This document shows, one piece after another, positions 1 through 10,260 of a stretch of DNA of 64,000 bases. The notes under the pieces are model-generated. The model saw only the letters and a program-made list of their open reading frames with translations, made no database searches and was not told the origin of the DNA. Position 1 is the stretch's first letter. Every line of letters starts with the position of its first letter. This DNA is from Candidatus Multivorans sp. Its GTDB lineage: Bacteria; Acidobacteriota; Thermoanaerobaculia; Multivoradales; Multivoraceae. A program made the translations under genes and the position numbers. Location of the stretch: contig OZ245033.1 of NCBI GenBank assembly GCA_965224025.1, forward strand, positions 1,888,001 through 1,952,000, given 5' to 3'.

Positions 1-175
1 CTGGGCCGAGCGAGTTTCCGCAGAGATAGATCAGCCCTTCCGGCAACTCGAATCGATCGCGAAAGCGCGCCAGCGGATCGCACCGGTCCAGCTCCAGCAG
101 TTCACCCCGCTGGAGTGCGCCGGAGGCCTCCCCTGTACCCACGGTCACGGGCCGCGAGTCGCGCTTCGGAACCAT
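1..175 (-). CDS. kynU: Kynureninase, 5' part (runs off the window start)
   Basis: Manual translation from ATG at 175: MVPKRDSRP...[31 protein letters not shown], matching the kynureninase N-terminal D-P-L-x-x-F-R-x-x-F...IYLxGNSLG signature. Not in the ORF track because it is truncated. Confidence 0.85.
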   Translation of the reverse strand, partial: MVPKRDSRPVTVGTGEASGALQRGELLELDRCDPLARFRDRFELPEGLIYLCGNSLGP

Positions 176-239
176 GGACGGAATCATAGAGAAGCCGGCT
201 GCGCCTCCGTGTCACATCTGTCCGCACATCGGCCGTAGA

Positions 240-428
240 TCGTGGTGGGATTCTCCACACTGATCAGCAAGTCGTTCCGCATCCGGCGCCGGATCATTCT
301 GAACCGCGTTACACCCAATGCCGCTCTGCGCTGCGCACAATGCTGCTGGGGTCGGCCGCCTTCTCCATGTGCCTCATGCATCACGTCGGGCGCCTGGGCG
401 GCGACTTCACCGAAGACTCGAAGCGCTG
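240..428 (+). pseudogene. Internally deleted, frameshifted remnant of an MpaB/DUF2236 oxygenase paralog
   Basis: Encodes GFSTLISKSFRIRRRIILN, then MPLCAAH / MLLGSAAFSMCLMHHVGRLGGDFTED. These match two separate segments of the intact gene at 9085-10260 (GFSTLISKSFRIRSRITLN and LPLSTAHMLLGAAAFSARLMDHVANLGGDFTDE). Confidence 0.8.
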
Positions 429-433
429 ATGGC

Positions 434-1351
434 TCAGCGGCTCGACGCGCCGGCAGCCGGCCGGCCCGCGTCCAGGTCGGCGTGCATGGCGGCGACCATT
501 GTGGCCACCTCGGGCCGAGTCAGCTTCGAGCCGGGCCCCTGCTCCTCCACCCGGTCCAGCGTCGCCCAGGCGAGACGCACCGGCAGGCTGGCGAAAGCGA
601 TGTAGCCGCGCGGTGCGCCCGCATTCTGCAGGTGATCCACGTACTCCCCGGCAACCACGAGGTCCGCGCGAGCGAGTTCGAAGGCCAGCTTCCGGTCGCG
701 AGCGCTCGGAATGAAGGTCCTGCCCTCGTCCGCATCCGCAGTCGAGTCCTTGAGGATGTTCACTAGCTGCAGCGCCTCGCCGAAGGTCGCGGCGCGGCGA
801 CGAAGCGCTTCCGCGACCGGCTCCAGGGATGCGCCGAGCAGGAACAACTCGGTCAGCATCTCGCCGACGATGCCGGCGACGACGTAGCAGTAGTCCCGGA
901 GATCGGGGATGCCGGCAAGCCGGAGCTCGCCGTCGTGGTCAGCGCGCCTCACGATGTGCGCCATGCCGATGCAGGTGCGGCGTACGTGATGGCCGACGAC
1001 CCGCCGGGCAGCCGAGTCGAGAGCCTCGTATGCCGAAAGCACTTCGTCTGTAGCCTGGAGCAGCTCCAGATAGCCCTCGTGACGCGTGGGAGGCTCCCCA
1101 AGCCAGGACTCGACCACTCCCCTTGCCACGCCATCCACCGTCTCGCCCGAGTCCGTCAGCAGATCGGCGAAACGAAACAGAGCCTCAACCCGTTGCTCGC
1201 GGCGCCAGACCGCCGCATCCTCAAGTGTGTCGGCGATACGAAGCAGCAGATAGCCCAGCGTCACCTGCCGCCTCGTCCCACCCTTGAGTTGCGGAATCGA
1301 GAGAGCGAATGTCCTGCTCGTCTTGACCAGTAGATCTTCGAGATCAGCCAT
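434..1351 (-). CDS. Squalene/phytoene synthase family protein (squalene-synthase-like)
   Basis: Start trimmed to MADLEDLLVKTSRTFALSIPQL. Motifs SRTF, RIADTLEDA (DxxED), YCYVVAGIVG and LQLVNILKD. Confidence 0.88.
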   Translation of the reverse strand: MADLEDLLVKTSRTFALSIPQLKGGTRRQVTLGYLLLRIADTLEDAAVWRREQRVEALFRFADLLTDSGETVDGVARGVVESWLGEPPTRHEGYLELLQATDEVLSAYEALDSAARRVVGHHVRRTCIGMAHIVRRADHDGELRLAGIPDLRDYCYVVAGIVGEMLTELFLLGASLEPVAEALRRRAATFGEALQLVNILKDSTADADEGRTFIPSARDRKLAFELARADLVVAGEYVDHLQNAGAPRGYIAFASLPVRLAWATLDRVEEQGPGSKLTRPEVATMVAAMHADLDAGRPAAGASSR

Positions 1352-1465
1352 TGCCGGAACGCCCCAGTGTACCGATGCTCCAACGACAGAGTCCCGAGAC
1401 CCGCCAACTGCTCCAACTGCTATCGTGACGTTTCTACCGAGCATCGACAGCACCAGACTGCCCAA

Positions 1466-2980
1466 ATGACCGCTACCAGGATCGCTTCCTTCCAGCTCCT
1501 CGCGGCCCTCACGCTCGCCTCCTGCTCCCTCGCCCCGCCGCCGGAGTTGCCACGGCCGGGCACGGAAATGCCGGAGGACTTCGCGCGAAGTCCGGCCCCG
1601 GGCCCTTACCAGCCGCTCCAGTGGTGGAAATCGTTCGGCGATCCGGCGCTCGACCGGGTGGTCGACTCGGTGCTTGAGTCCAATCTGGACATGGCGGTGG
1701 CGGTCGCACGTGTCGAGCAGGCCCGAGAGAGGGCAAGAATCGCGAAGGCTGCGGTTCCGCCAGTCGTCCAGGGCCGCGCGGGGATCAACGATCTCAGCAC
1801 GCCGACCAACGCGGGGTTCGGCGCGCAGATACAGGAGTTGGGCCTGGGAGACTTGGCGCCCGGCTTCTCGTTGCCAGAGCGGCTGGGGATCACGACCTAC
1901 TCGCTCGGCGCGGACTTTTCCTACGAAATGGACTTCTGGGGCCGCGTCCGCAGCGACGCGCTCGCGGCCGGCGCGGAGTACCTCGCCTCGGAGTCGGACT
2001 ACCAGGCGGCCCGCATCGGGATCCTGGCTGAGACGATCAAGACTTACTTCGAGATCGCGGACCTGAGGCGGCAAATCGATCTCACCACCGAAATGGTCGA
2101 TGTCCTTCGGGAGCGCGAGAACGTGGCTTCAACCCGGTACGACCGCGGGCTGTCCGACTCGCTCGACCTCTACCGGGTGCGCCAGGAACTGCGGAACACG
2201 CAGGCGGGCCTGCCAAAGCTCCAGAACCTCCTGGCGAGCGCCGAGGCCCGCCTCGCCACGCTCCTGGGCGGCTACCGGACTGACTTGGACGCGATCCTGC
2301 CCGGCACGCTCTCTCCGGCGGATGCAACGGGGTCCGTGCCGGTCGGGATCCCCGCGGATCTCCTGTTTCAACGGCCGGACGTCAGGGCGGTCGGCCTGAG
2401 GCTGGAAGCTGCTCGGCACCAGATCAGCGCTCGCCGGGCGGAATTGCTCCCCACCCTCTCCTTCTCCGGCTCGATCGGACTTCAAAGCTCCGAGATCGAC
2501 GGACTGTTCAAGGTGGATCAGTGGTTCACGAACCTGGCCTCGAACCTGCTCGCGCCTGTCTTTCAGGGTGGCCGGCTGCGCAGCAACGTCACATTGGCCG
2601 AGACCCGCTTCCAGGAGGTTGCTGCCGCGTACGCACAGACCGTAGTGACGGCCGTCAACGAAGTCGAGGCGGCTCTGGCCGTGTTGCAGAATGAGGGCCA
2701 GAGATACACACTGCTCGCCTCGCGGCTCGAAGAAGCCGAGGCGACAGTCGAACTCCGGTCGCAAAGATACGAAGCGGGAATCGGCGGCTACGCCGACTTC
2801 CTGGACGCCCTGCTGACGCGGCTGAACGTGAGACTCGCTCTCGCGGGCGCGGGCCACGATGTGGCTCTGGCCCGGCTCGCCGTCCACCGTGCCCTGGGGG
2901 GCGCCTGGACCGCTTCAGAACCGATTGACACACCGCAGATGGCATCGGCATCAGCCGCGCCAGACGAACCAACTGAATAG
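1466..2980 (+). CDS. RND efflux outer-membrane lipoprotein (NodT/OprM family)
   Basis: Lipobox LASC; WWKSFGDPALD, YEMDFWG, PADLLFQRPDV and C-terminal ALGGAW motifs; first gene of an OMF-MFP-RND operon. Confidence 0.93.
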   Translation: MTATRIASFQLLAALTLASCSLAPPPELPRPGTEMPEDFARSPAPGPYQPLQWWKSFGDPALDRVVDSVLESNLDMAVAVARVEQARERARIAKAAVPPVVQGRAGINDLSTPTNAGFGAQIQELGLGDLAPGFSLPERLGITTYSLGADFSYEMDFWGRVRSDALAAGAEYLASESDYQAARIGILAETIKTYFEIADLRRQIDLTTEMVDVLRERENVASTRYDRGLSDSLDLYRVRQELRNTQAGLPKLQNLLASAEARLATLLGGYRTDLDAILPGTLSPADATGSVPVGIPADLLFQRPDVRAVGLRLEAARHQISARRAELLPTLSFSGSIGLQSSEIDGLFKVDQWFTNLASNLLAPVFQGGRLRSNVTLAETRFQEVAAAYAQTVVTAVNEVEAALAVLQNEGQRYTLLASRLEEAEATVELRSQRYEAGIGGYADFLDALLTRLNVRLALAGAGHDVALARLAVHRALGGAWTASEPIDTPQMASASAAPDEPTE

Positions 2981-2992
2981 AGAAGCAGACAC

Positions 2993-4219
2993 ATGAGTCG
3001 ACGAACAGGCTGGCTCATCGCCGGCGTCATCCTGATCGGGTCCGTTGCCTTGGCCGCCCTGATGGTCTCCCGTAGGCCCGAGCCGGAGCGCCGGCCGCAA
3101 CCCTCGCAGGTTCCTTTCGCGATCACGGCGCCAGTCGCGGCCGGCGAGGGCGCAATCCCGGTCCATGGGGCCGGGACCGTGCGGCCCCGCGCCGAGATCG
3201 ACATCGCCGCGGAGGTCAGCGGCAGGGTGGGTTGGGTAGCGCCGGCGTTCCAGAGCGGCGGACGCGTGCGCGAAGGACAGCCGCTCTTCCGCGTTGAGGA
3301 CGTGGACTACCGAAACAGGGTGGAGCAAGCGCGCGCCGACATCGCGGTACGGCAACTCGAACTCCTGAAGGTGCAGGAGGAAGCCAACGTTGCGCGCGCC
3401 CAGTACGAGCAGTTCAAGCAGCGGCAGGCGGACGAAGGATCCGCTTCGGATGCCAGCCCCCTGGCTCTGTGGCAGCCCCAGATAGCGGCCGCGGAGGCCG
3501 AGCTGGCCAGAGACAGCGTTGCGCTGGCCGAAGCCGAGCTGAACCTCTCACGCACGGAGGTCAGAGCCCCCTTCAGCGGGGTCGTGCGGACCGAGTCGGT
3601 CGACGTAGGACAGTTCGTAGCGGCCGGCCAGGGTGTTGGACGGCTCTACGCATCCGACGCGGTCGAGGTCGTGGTCCCTCTTTCCGACGCCGGCGCCGCC
3701 CTCCTCCCGGGCCTGTGGGACCTGAGGGCCGGCGACGGCAACCGGCGGATCGCGGCCCGCGTCACCGCCGAGTATGGCGACGGCAGATACACGTGGGAGG
3801 GCTACGTCGATCGCGCCGAGGCCTCCCTGGACGAACAGACGCGGACGATCGAAGTGATCGTGCGCGTTCCGAGACCGTTCGCGGGCGGCGCCGGGAAGGA
3901 GGCCGGCGACGAGGATCCGGTAGCTGAGGCGGGAGGCGGTCCGCCCCTTCTGGTCGGCAAGTTCGTGGAAGTAGAACTTGAGGGCGTCGCGCCTGACAGG
4001 TATTTCATCGTGAGGCGGCCGGCGCTCAGGCCCGGCAGCGAGGTCTGGGCGGTACGAGACGACACCGTGACGATCGTCCCCATCCGTGTCCTTCAGCGTT
4101 CCGATGACAGCGTGCTCGTGATCGGAGAGCTCCAGGCGGGTGAGGCGGTCGTCGTGGGCGGAATTCGGGTGGCTACCGAAGGCATGGCGGTGCGGACTGA
4201 AGCCGCGGGGAACTCGTGA
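2993..4219 (+). CDS. RND efflux periplasmic adaptor (membrane fusion protein)
   Basis: N-terminal TM, lipoyl-like halves (EVSGRV, RAPFSG) flanking a coiled coil; stop overlaps the RND permease start. Confidence 0.93.
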   Translation: MSRRTGWLIAGVILIGSVALAALMVSRRPEPERRPQPSQVPFAITAPVAAGEGAIPVHGAGTVRPRAEIDIAAEVSGRVGWVAPAFQSGGRVREGQPLFRVEDVDYRNRVEQARADIAVRQLELLKVQEEANVARAQYEQFKQRQADEGSASDASPLALWQPQIAAAEAELARDSVALAEAELNLSRTEVRAPFSGVVRTESVDVGQFVAAGQGVGRLYASDAVEVVVPLSDAGAALLPGLWDLRAGDGNRRIAARVTAEYGDGRYTWEGYVDRAEASLDEQTRTIEVIVRVPRPFAGGAGKEAGDEDPVAEAGGGPPLLVGKFVEVELEGVAPDRYFIVRRPALRPGSEVWAVRDDTVTIVPIRVLQRSDDSVLVIGELQAGEAVVVGGIRVATEGMAVRTEAAGNS

Positions 4220-7200
4220 GCAGAGACGACGGCTCCGCGCGCGAGTTGCGCGGCCCCATCGCCTACATGGTCAGGAACGGCGTCGCCGCCAACCTCCTGA
4301 TGTTCTTCATCGTGGCGGCCGGCCTCGTGTCGATGAACGGGCTCGTGCAGGAGGCGTTTCCGGTGCTTGCCTTTGACGCGGTCGAGATCGTCGTGGCCCA
4401 CCCCGGCGCCACACCCGACGAAGTAGAAGAGTCGATCGTCCTGAAGATCGAGGAACAGGTCAAGTCGCTCGACGGCGTGCGGGAAGTCACTTCCATCGCA
4501 GGGGAAGGCGTCGCGTCAGTCATCGCCGGGCTCAAAGCGGGCGCCGACATCAGCCGGGCCGTCGACGACATCGAGTCCGCGGTCGGCCGCATCCACACTC
4601 TCCCGGCCCAGTCGGAGCGTCCGGAAGTCCGCGAGATGACGAACCGCCAGAGCGTGATCCGTCTGGTGGTATACGGCGATGTCTCCGAGCGTGCACTCAA
4701 GGAACTGGCGTATCGCGTCGAGGACGAGATCGCCACGCTGCCCGCAGTGTCCTACGTAGAGACGAGCGGCGTACGAGCCTACGAGATCTCGATCGAAGTG
4801 CCCCTTCACCGGCTCCGGTCTCTGGGCCTGACGCTCGAGGACATCTCGAACGCGATCCGCCGTGGTTCCCTCGAGCTGTCGGCAGGCAGCATCGAGACCC
4901 GGGACGCAGACGTGCGAGTACGAACCACCGGCCGGGCCGCCAACCAGCAGGACTTCGAGGAGATCATCGTCATCGGCCGGAGCGACGGCACGGCGATTCG
5001 TCTGGGCAATATCGCAGAGATTCGAGACGGCTTCGCGGACGTGGACGTCATTACCCGGTATCAGGGGAAGCGAGCCGCGTTCGTCGAAGTCTACCGGGCC
5101 GCGGGCGAACAGGTTCTCGATGTTGCAGAGGCCGTAGAGACGCACGTCGAAGAAGACATCAGTCCCTCCCTGCCCGCCGGCGTCGCGATCGACATCTGGA
5201 GCAACGACGCGGAGATTTACGAGGACCGACTAGGGCTCCTCCTTGAGAACGGCATTCTGGGCCTACTGCTCGTCCTCGTCGCGCTCACTCTCTTCTTGGA
5301 GATCCGGCTCGCCATCTGGGTTGCCCTCGGCATAGGCATCTCTTTCGTCGGGTCTCTCTCTGCCGCCATGGTATTGAACGTCTCCGTCAATACGATCTCC
5401 CTGTTCGCGTTCATCCTCGCGGTCGGCATCGTGGTCGATGACGCGATCATGGTCGCAGAGCACATCCACGCCGAGCGCCAAAGGGGCACGCCCGGGTTGA
5501 CCGCGGCAATCCGCGGAACCCGGCGAATCAGGAGGCCCCTGGTGTTCGCGGTGCTAACGACCATCGCCGCCTTCGCCCCGCTTCTTTTTCTACCCGGACC
5601 CCTCGGAAAGGTGATGGGCGCGATCCCGATCATCTTGATCGCGGTGCTCGTCGTCTCGCTGATCGAATCGACGCTGATCCTGCCGCGGCACCTGTCCCAC
5701 CTGCCCGATCCGGATTGGAAACCCACTCATCCCGTAGAGCGCTTCTTCTCCTCGGTTCAGACCCGCGTGGACGCAGAGCTGAAGCGGTTCGTTGAGGGGC
5801 CCCTCGACCGCGGCGTGCGGGCAGCCACTCGCCACCCGGTAGTCGTGATAGCGGCCGGCATCGCAATGCTCATCATCTGCGTTGCCCTTGTGCCAGCCGG
5901 AATCCTCGGAGTCGTCTTGGCGCAGCGCGTCGAGAGCGACATCGTCGTCGCCAACCTGGAGATGCCGGCCGGCACACCCGCGCGCCGGACCGCCGACCTT
6001 GCGACGACTCTCGAAGCCGCCGGACGGCGGGCTATCGACCGTCTGTCAACAGGCCGACCCGACTACGCGGCGCCGCTCCTGGCAGGAGTCAACCTCGCAG
6101 TGGGCATGAAGCCCCGAACGTTGGGGGGAGCGATCGCTCAGGAACCCCACCTCCGACCACAGGCCAACATCGCCGCCGTGGAGTTCAAGCTGCTGGAAGC
6201 CGAGAGCCGAGACATCAGCTCCGGTACCTTCCTGCAGGCGTGGCGCCAGGAGGCGGGCACGATGCCGGAGGCGCGCAGCCTCACCTTCTCGGCCGAGCTG
6301 CTTGACTTGGGTCTACCCGTCCAGGCCGAACTGTCGCACCCGGACACCGACCGCCTCGGCCAAATCGGTGATGCGGTGAGCGAGCGCCTTCGTCAGCTTG
6401 AAGGGGTCTTCGACGTTCAGTCGGATCATGCAGTCGGCCTCCAGGAGATTCAGCTCGAACTGCGACCGGAAGCCAGGAGCCTGGGCCTGACCCTGGATGA
6501 TCTGGCCCGACAGGTGCGATCCGCGTTCTTCGGCGACGAATCCCTCCGCATACAACGGGGACGGGAGGATGTCCAGGTCTACGTTCGCCTTCCCGCGCGG
6601 GAGCGAGATGCGATCGCCGACGTCGAGAGCTACCTGGTTCGCACTCCGGCCGGCGCGGAGGTGCCGCTCCACCGCGTCGCCGAGACGAGCCTTGGCCACT
6701 CGCCTTCCTCCATTCGGCGCAAGGATGGCCAACGGATCGTCACGGTAACCGCGGATGTGGACACCACCATCGTCACCGGTGCGGAAGTGAACGACATCCT
6801 GGCCACGACGATCCTGCCTGATCTGGCCGATGACCATCCCGGGCTCAGATACGCCTTCGGCGGCGAGCAGCAGCAACAACTCGAGTCCTTCGACTCTCTG
6901 GCGCGCGGCTTCGTTCTTGCGCTTCTCTTCATCTATTCGTTGCTTGCGATTCCCCTCGGGTCCTACACCAAGCCCCTCATCATAATGGCGGTCATTCCCT
7001 TCGGACTCGTCGGCGCGATCCTGGGCCACCTGATCATGGGAATCGATCTGAGCATCGCGTCGATGTGGGGCATCATTGGACTCACTGGCGTCGTAGTGAA
7101 CGACTCCCTCGTCATGATCGATTTCATCAACGAAAAACTGCGGCAAGGCGCACCGGCAAGGAGCGCGATCATAGACGGGGCCAAGGGACGCTTCAGACCG

Positions 7201-7422
7201 ATCTTCCTAACCTCGCTGACGACATTTCTTGGATTCTCTCCCCTGATTTTCGAGCAAAGCATCCAAGCGAAGTTCCTGATCCCCCTGGGTGTGTCAATGG
7301 GCTTCGGAATCGTTTTTGCCACCCCGATCCTGATGATGATCGTGCCTGCGCTCTCCACTCTGCACTTCCGCGCTACAGGTCCCCACCGAGCCCACCCAGC
7401 CGTGCGCGTCGCGTCCGGGTAG
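4216..7422 (+). CDS. RND efflux permease (AcrB/AcrD/AcrF family)
   Basis: 1068 aa; GIVVDDAI proton-relay motif, GVVVNDSLV, RFRPIFLTSLTT; two large periplasmic loops. Confidence 0.95.
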   Translation: MSRDDGSARELRGPIAYMVRNGVAANLLMFFIVAAGLVSMNGLVQEAFPVLAFDAVEIVVAHPGATPDEVEESIVLKIEEQVKSLDGVREVTSIAGEGVASVIAGLKAGADISRAVDDIESAVGRIHTLPAQSERPEVREMTNRQSVIRLVVYGDVSERALKELAYRVEDEIATLPAVSYVETSGVRAYEISIEVPLHRLRSLGLTLEDISNAIRRGSLELSAGSIETRDADVRVRTTGRAANQQDFEEIIVIGRSDGTAIRLGNIAEIRDGFADVDVITRYQGKRAAFVEVYRAAGEQVLDVAEAVETHVEEDISPSLPAGVAIDIWSNDAEIYEDRLGLLLENGILGLLLVLVALTLFLEIRLAIWVALGIGISFVGSLSAAMVLNVSVNTISLFAFILAVGIVVDDAIMVAEHIHAERQRGTPGLTAAIRGTRRIRRPLVFAVLTTIAAFAPLLFLPGPLGKVMGAIPIILIAVLVVSLIESTLILPRHLSHLPDPDWKPTHPVERFFSSVQTRVDAELKRFVEGPLDRGVRAATRHPVVVIAAGIAMLIICVALVPAGILGVVLAQRVESDIVVANLEMPAGTPARRTADLATTLEAAGRRAIDRLSTGRPDYAAPLLAGVNLAVGMKPRTLGGAIAQEPHLRPQANIAAVEFKLLEAESRDISSGTFLQAWRQEAGTMPEARSLTFSAELLDLGLPVQAELSHPDTDRLGQIGDAVSERLRQLEGVFDVQSDHAVGLQEIQLELRPEARSLGLTLDDLARQVRSAFFGDESLRIQRGREDVQVYVRLPARERDAIADVESYLVRTPAGAEVPLHRVAETSLGHSPSSIRRKDGQRIVTVTADVDTTIVTGAEVNDILATTILPDLADDHPGLRYAFGGEQQQQLESFDSLARGFVLALLFIYSLLAIPLGSYTKPLIIMAVIPFGLVGAILGHLIMGIDLSIASMWGIIGLTGVVVNDSLVMIDFINEKLRQGAPARSAIIDGAKGRFRPIFLTSLTTFLGFSPLIFEQSIQAKFLIPLGVSMGFGIVFATPILMMIVPALSTLHFRATGPHRAHPAVRVASG

Positions 7423-7647
7423 GTCGCAGGCAAACAACTGCAGGGAGGCTCTCACAATTGCCGCCGCGCGCGTTGTCTGAAGAAGATCTCGTAGACCGTG
7501 GGCTGACCGTGGGCGAACCCGTTTCGCCGACCAATCTCGCATGTGCTAAACTGTCGCGTCTGAGCAACAGCCTCCTACGCACCCGTACCCTGCGTGGGGT
7601 CCGAACACCGACAACCCCAGGCCGCAACGCCGGCCCTACACAGGCAC

Positions 7648-9030
7648 ATGCTGCAATCCAGTAAAGGCAGCGCCAAGCTGCCGCCCGGTCCCGAAGGACG
7701 CCGCCTGCGCAACCTGCACGAGCGTTTGTTCGCCTGCGAGGCTCTCCTGTTGCGGCTCAACAAAGACTACGGCGACGTCGTTTCGTGGAAACTACCGGCC
7801 ATGGACTGCTGCGCCATCTTCGACGCGGATCTCATTCAGGAAGTCCTCATCGAGAAGCGGCCGCACTTCCCGAGGATGCGGCAACTGGCGACACAGTGCA
7901 CAATGATCCCCAATGCAGGGCTCGCAAGGGTGAACTACGACGTCCACGCCCGCAAATTCAAAGCGGTCAACGCCGTGTTCGCCGAGCAACGCTTGGGAGC
8001 CTACGCCGAGATCATGCTCCATCATCTACACGGATTGCAGAGCTCCTGGCGAGTCGGACGTACGATCGACGCGAAGGAGGAGATCTATCGCGTCACGGCC
8101 CGCATCATGGCAGATTCCTGCGTCGGCGGGGACCTGCAGCTCGGTCAAGGGCTGGTCAGAAAGGCACTGAAGGGAACAAAGTGGGACTACGGCTTGGACT
8201 ACCTGCCTTTGAAGTCTCTTCTGAGAAGGCTGCCGCTACCGCAGAATCTGAGCGCCCGCCGGTCGTTCGGCGCGATGCATCGAATCGTTAACGAGTCGAT
8301 GAGAAGAGGCCGCAAGCCCTCCAACGGGCGTAGCGACTGGGTGTCCTGTCTGGTCCGTGACGGATCCGCGGCGAGTCCCCCCTTCAGCGACGAAGAAGTG
8401 CGCGACGAGGCAATCGACCTGCTGGTTGGCAACCTCGATCCACTGGCCGTAGCGCTCACGTGGTGTCTCAGCTACGTCGCCAGGAACCCGTCGGTAAGCG
8501 AGCGGATCGAACAGGAAGTCGATGAGGTCCTTGGAGGCCGCGCGATGGCGGCCGAGGACTACGACAGGCTCCCATACGCCCGTGCAGTGTTCCAGGAATC
8601 GCTGCGCCTCGCGCCGCCAGCGTTCTTCATGGAAAGGGAGGCAACCGAGGACTGTGTTCTAGGTGGCCGGCACCTCGTCCCGAAGGGAACCGTCGTGCAG
8701 CTCTGCATGGGGATTGTCCACCGCAAGCGGAAGCACTTCGATCAGCCGGACCAATTCAAGCCGGAACGTTGGCTGCACGATCCTCCCCCCGGTTGTCCCG
8801 CACACGTCTACATGCCCTTCAGCTACCAACCCCGCCGCTGTGCCGCCTGGGAGTTCTGCACGATGACAGGAACCTACCTCGTAGCCAGCGTCGCGCAGCG
8901 GCTGCGCCTCGAAGCCGCGACGGACAGACCCGTCGAATCGGACTTCAAGCTCCTCTTCGCCCCGAAGGGCCCCGTACCGGTTCTGGTCACGGAACGCGAG
9001 TCCCGGACCGATCGGGTACCGATCTGGTAA
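7648..9030 (+). CDS. Cytochrome P450 with atypical motifs
   Basis: PPGP N-terminus, ExxR (ESLR), FKPERW meander, heme Cys in FSYQPRRCAA; I-helix reads VGNLDP instead of AGxE/DT. Confidence 0.9.
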   Translation: MLQSSKGSAKLPPGPEGRRLRNLHERLFACEALLLRLNKDYGDVVSWKLPAMDCCAIFDADLIQEVLIEKRPHFPRMRQLATQCTMIPNAGLARVNYDVHARKFKAVNAVFAEQRLGAYAEIMLHHLHGLQSSWRVGRTIDAKEEIYRVTARIMADSCVGGDLQLGQGLVRKALKGTKWDYGLDYLPLKSLLRRLPLPQNLSARRSFGAMHRIVNESMRRGRKPSNGRSDWVSCLVRDGSAASPPFSDEEVRDEAIDLLVGNLDPLAVALTWCLSYVARNPSVSERIEQEVDEVLGGRAMAAEDYDRLPYARAVFQESLRLAPPAFFMEREATEDCVLGGRHLVPKGTVVQLCMGIVHRKRKHFDQPDQFKPERWLHDPPPGCPAHVYMPFSYQPRRCAAWEFCTMTGTYLVASVAQRLRLEAATDRPVESDFKLLFAPKGPVPVLVTERESRTDRVPIW

Positions 9031-9084
9031 CTTGCTGATCGTGCGCTTCTCCTCGTTCACGCAAGACCACGAAGTGCGGAGACA

Positions 9085-10260
9085 ATGACGATCCCCTCGT
9101 GCTACCGCGACGGCTACGAAGCCGCCCGCAAAGTGGATCCCGAGCTGGCGGACATGTACATCCGCTACACGACGCTCGGCGATCCCGTGGCCGATGCGGT
9201 ATGCGCCGAGCTGGCAGAAACCGCGGACCCGGGCGGGGTGCACCGGATCATTGCCACCACCGTCAATCATCACGATGATCCGCCGAAAGACACGCCGGAC
9301 TCGCTGTTGAAGCTGATCGCGGACGCGAACGTCGTCCCCGAGTGGTTCGACCCTGATCTGGCCCTGAAGGGCACGCGCGCCTTCATCCGCAACTCGGACA
9401 TGGTATTGGGCGGGCTCGTGGGTGGAGCGATCATCGAGGGTTTCTCAACGCTGATCAGCAAGTCCTTCCGCATCAGGAGCCGGATCACGCTGAACGGCGT
9501 CCGGCGCCTCAAGCAGAACCTCCTGCAGTTGGTGGAACAGTTCATGCCCGGCGGACTGGAGCCGGGCGGAGACGCATGGAGACTGAACCTTCGAATCCGT
9601 CTCGTTCACGCCCAGGCCAGGATGCTGATCAAGGACTCCCCGGAGTGGGATCAGCGAACCTACGGTCTGCCGCTCAGCACGGCGCACATGCTGTTGGGGG
9701 CCGCCGCCTTCTCCGCGCGTCTCATGGACCATGTGGCGAACCTCGGCGGCGACTTCACGGACGAGGAACGGGAGGCATACATCCATGTGTGGAGGTACAC
9801 CGCGTTGATCATGGGCATCCCCGAGTCGATCCTGTTCACGGACTACGCATCGGCGATACGAACGTTCGAGATCGGCACCACCTGCGAGCCGCCGCCGGAC
9901 GACGACGCGATCATCATGGCGAACAGCATCGTCAACAGCGCACCGATCGTGCTGGGATTCACCGACACCAATGAGCGACGCGCCAAGGCAGCGTTCATGT
10001 ACCAGGTATCTCGGGACCTGATCGGCGACAAGATGGCCGACGACTTCCGGTTCCCTCCGCCGCGAAAGCTCAAGGAGGTTCCTCTGCTGCGTCTGCGAAA
10101 CCGCACGAGCAGGGTGGCCTCGCGTCTCCTACCCGGATGGGGATCGCGTCATGCGAGGAACAAGTTCAGCGACATGCTCAGCGTCTCGAACCTGGGCAGC
10201 TACGACCTCTCCTACGCCCTGCCCACTTCGGTCTATGACGAAGACTCGCGTGAATGGTAG
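9085..10260 (+). CDS. MpaB/Lcp (DUF2236) family heme oxygenase
   Basis: GDPVADAV N-terminus, PEWFD, RIRLVHAQAR heme-ligand motif, WDQRTYGLPLS, EREAYIHVWRY-(x)-MGIP. Confidence 0.85.
   Translation: MTIPSCYRDGYEAARKVDPELADMYIRYTTLGDPVADAVCAELAETADPGGVHRIIATTVNHHDDPPKDTPDSLLKLIADANVVPEWFDPDLALKGTRAFIRNSDMVLGGLVGGAIIEGFSTLISKSFRIRSRITLNGVRRLKQNLLQLVEQFMPGGLEPGGDAWRLNLRIRLVHAQARMLIKDSPEWDQRTYGLPLSTAHMLLGAAAFSARLMDHVANLGGDFTDEEREAYIHVWRYTALIMGIPESILFTDYASAIRTFEIGTTCEPPPDDDAIIMANSIVNSAPIVLGFTDTNERRAKAAFMYQVSRDLIGDKMADDFRFPPPRKLKEVPLLRLRNRTSRVASRLLPGWGSRHARNKFSDMLSVSNLGSYDLSYALPTSVYDEDSREW

Noticed and set aside
1352-2074. N-terminal 241 aa of ORF 434..2074
   Set aside because: Antisense to the efflux lipoprotein; synthase similarity begins only at Met 1351.
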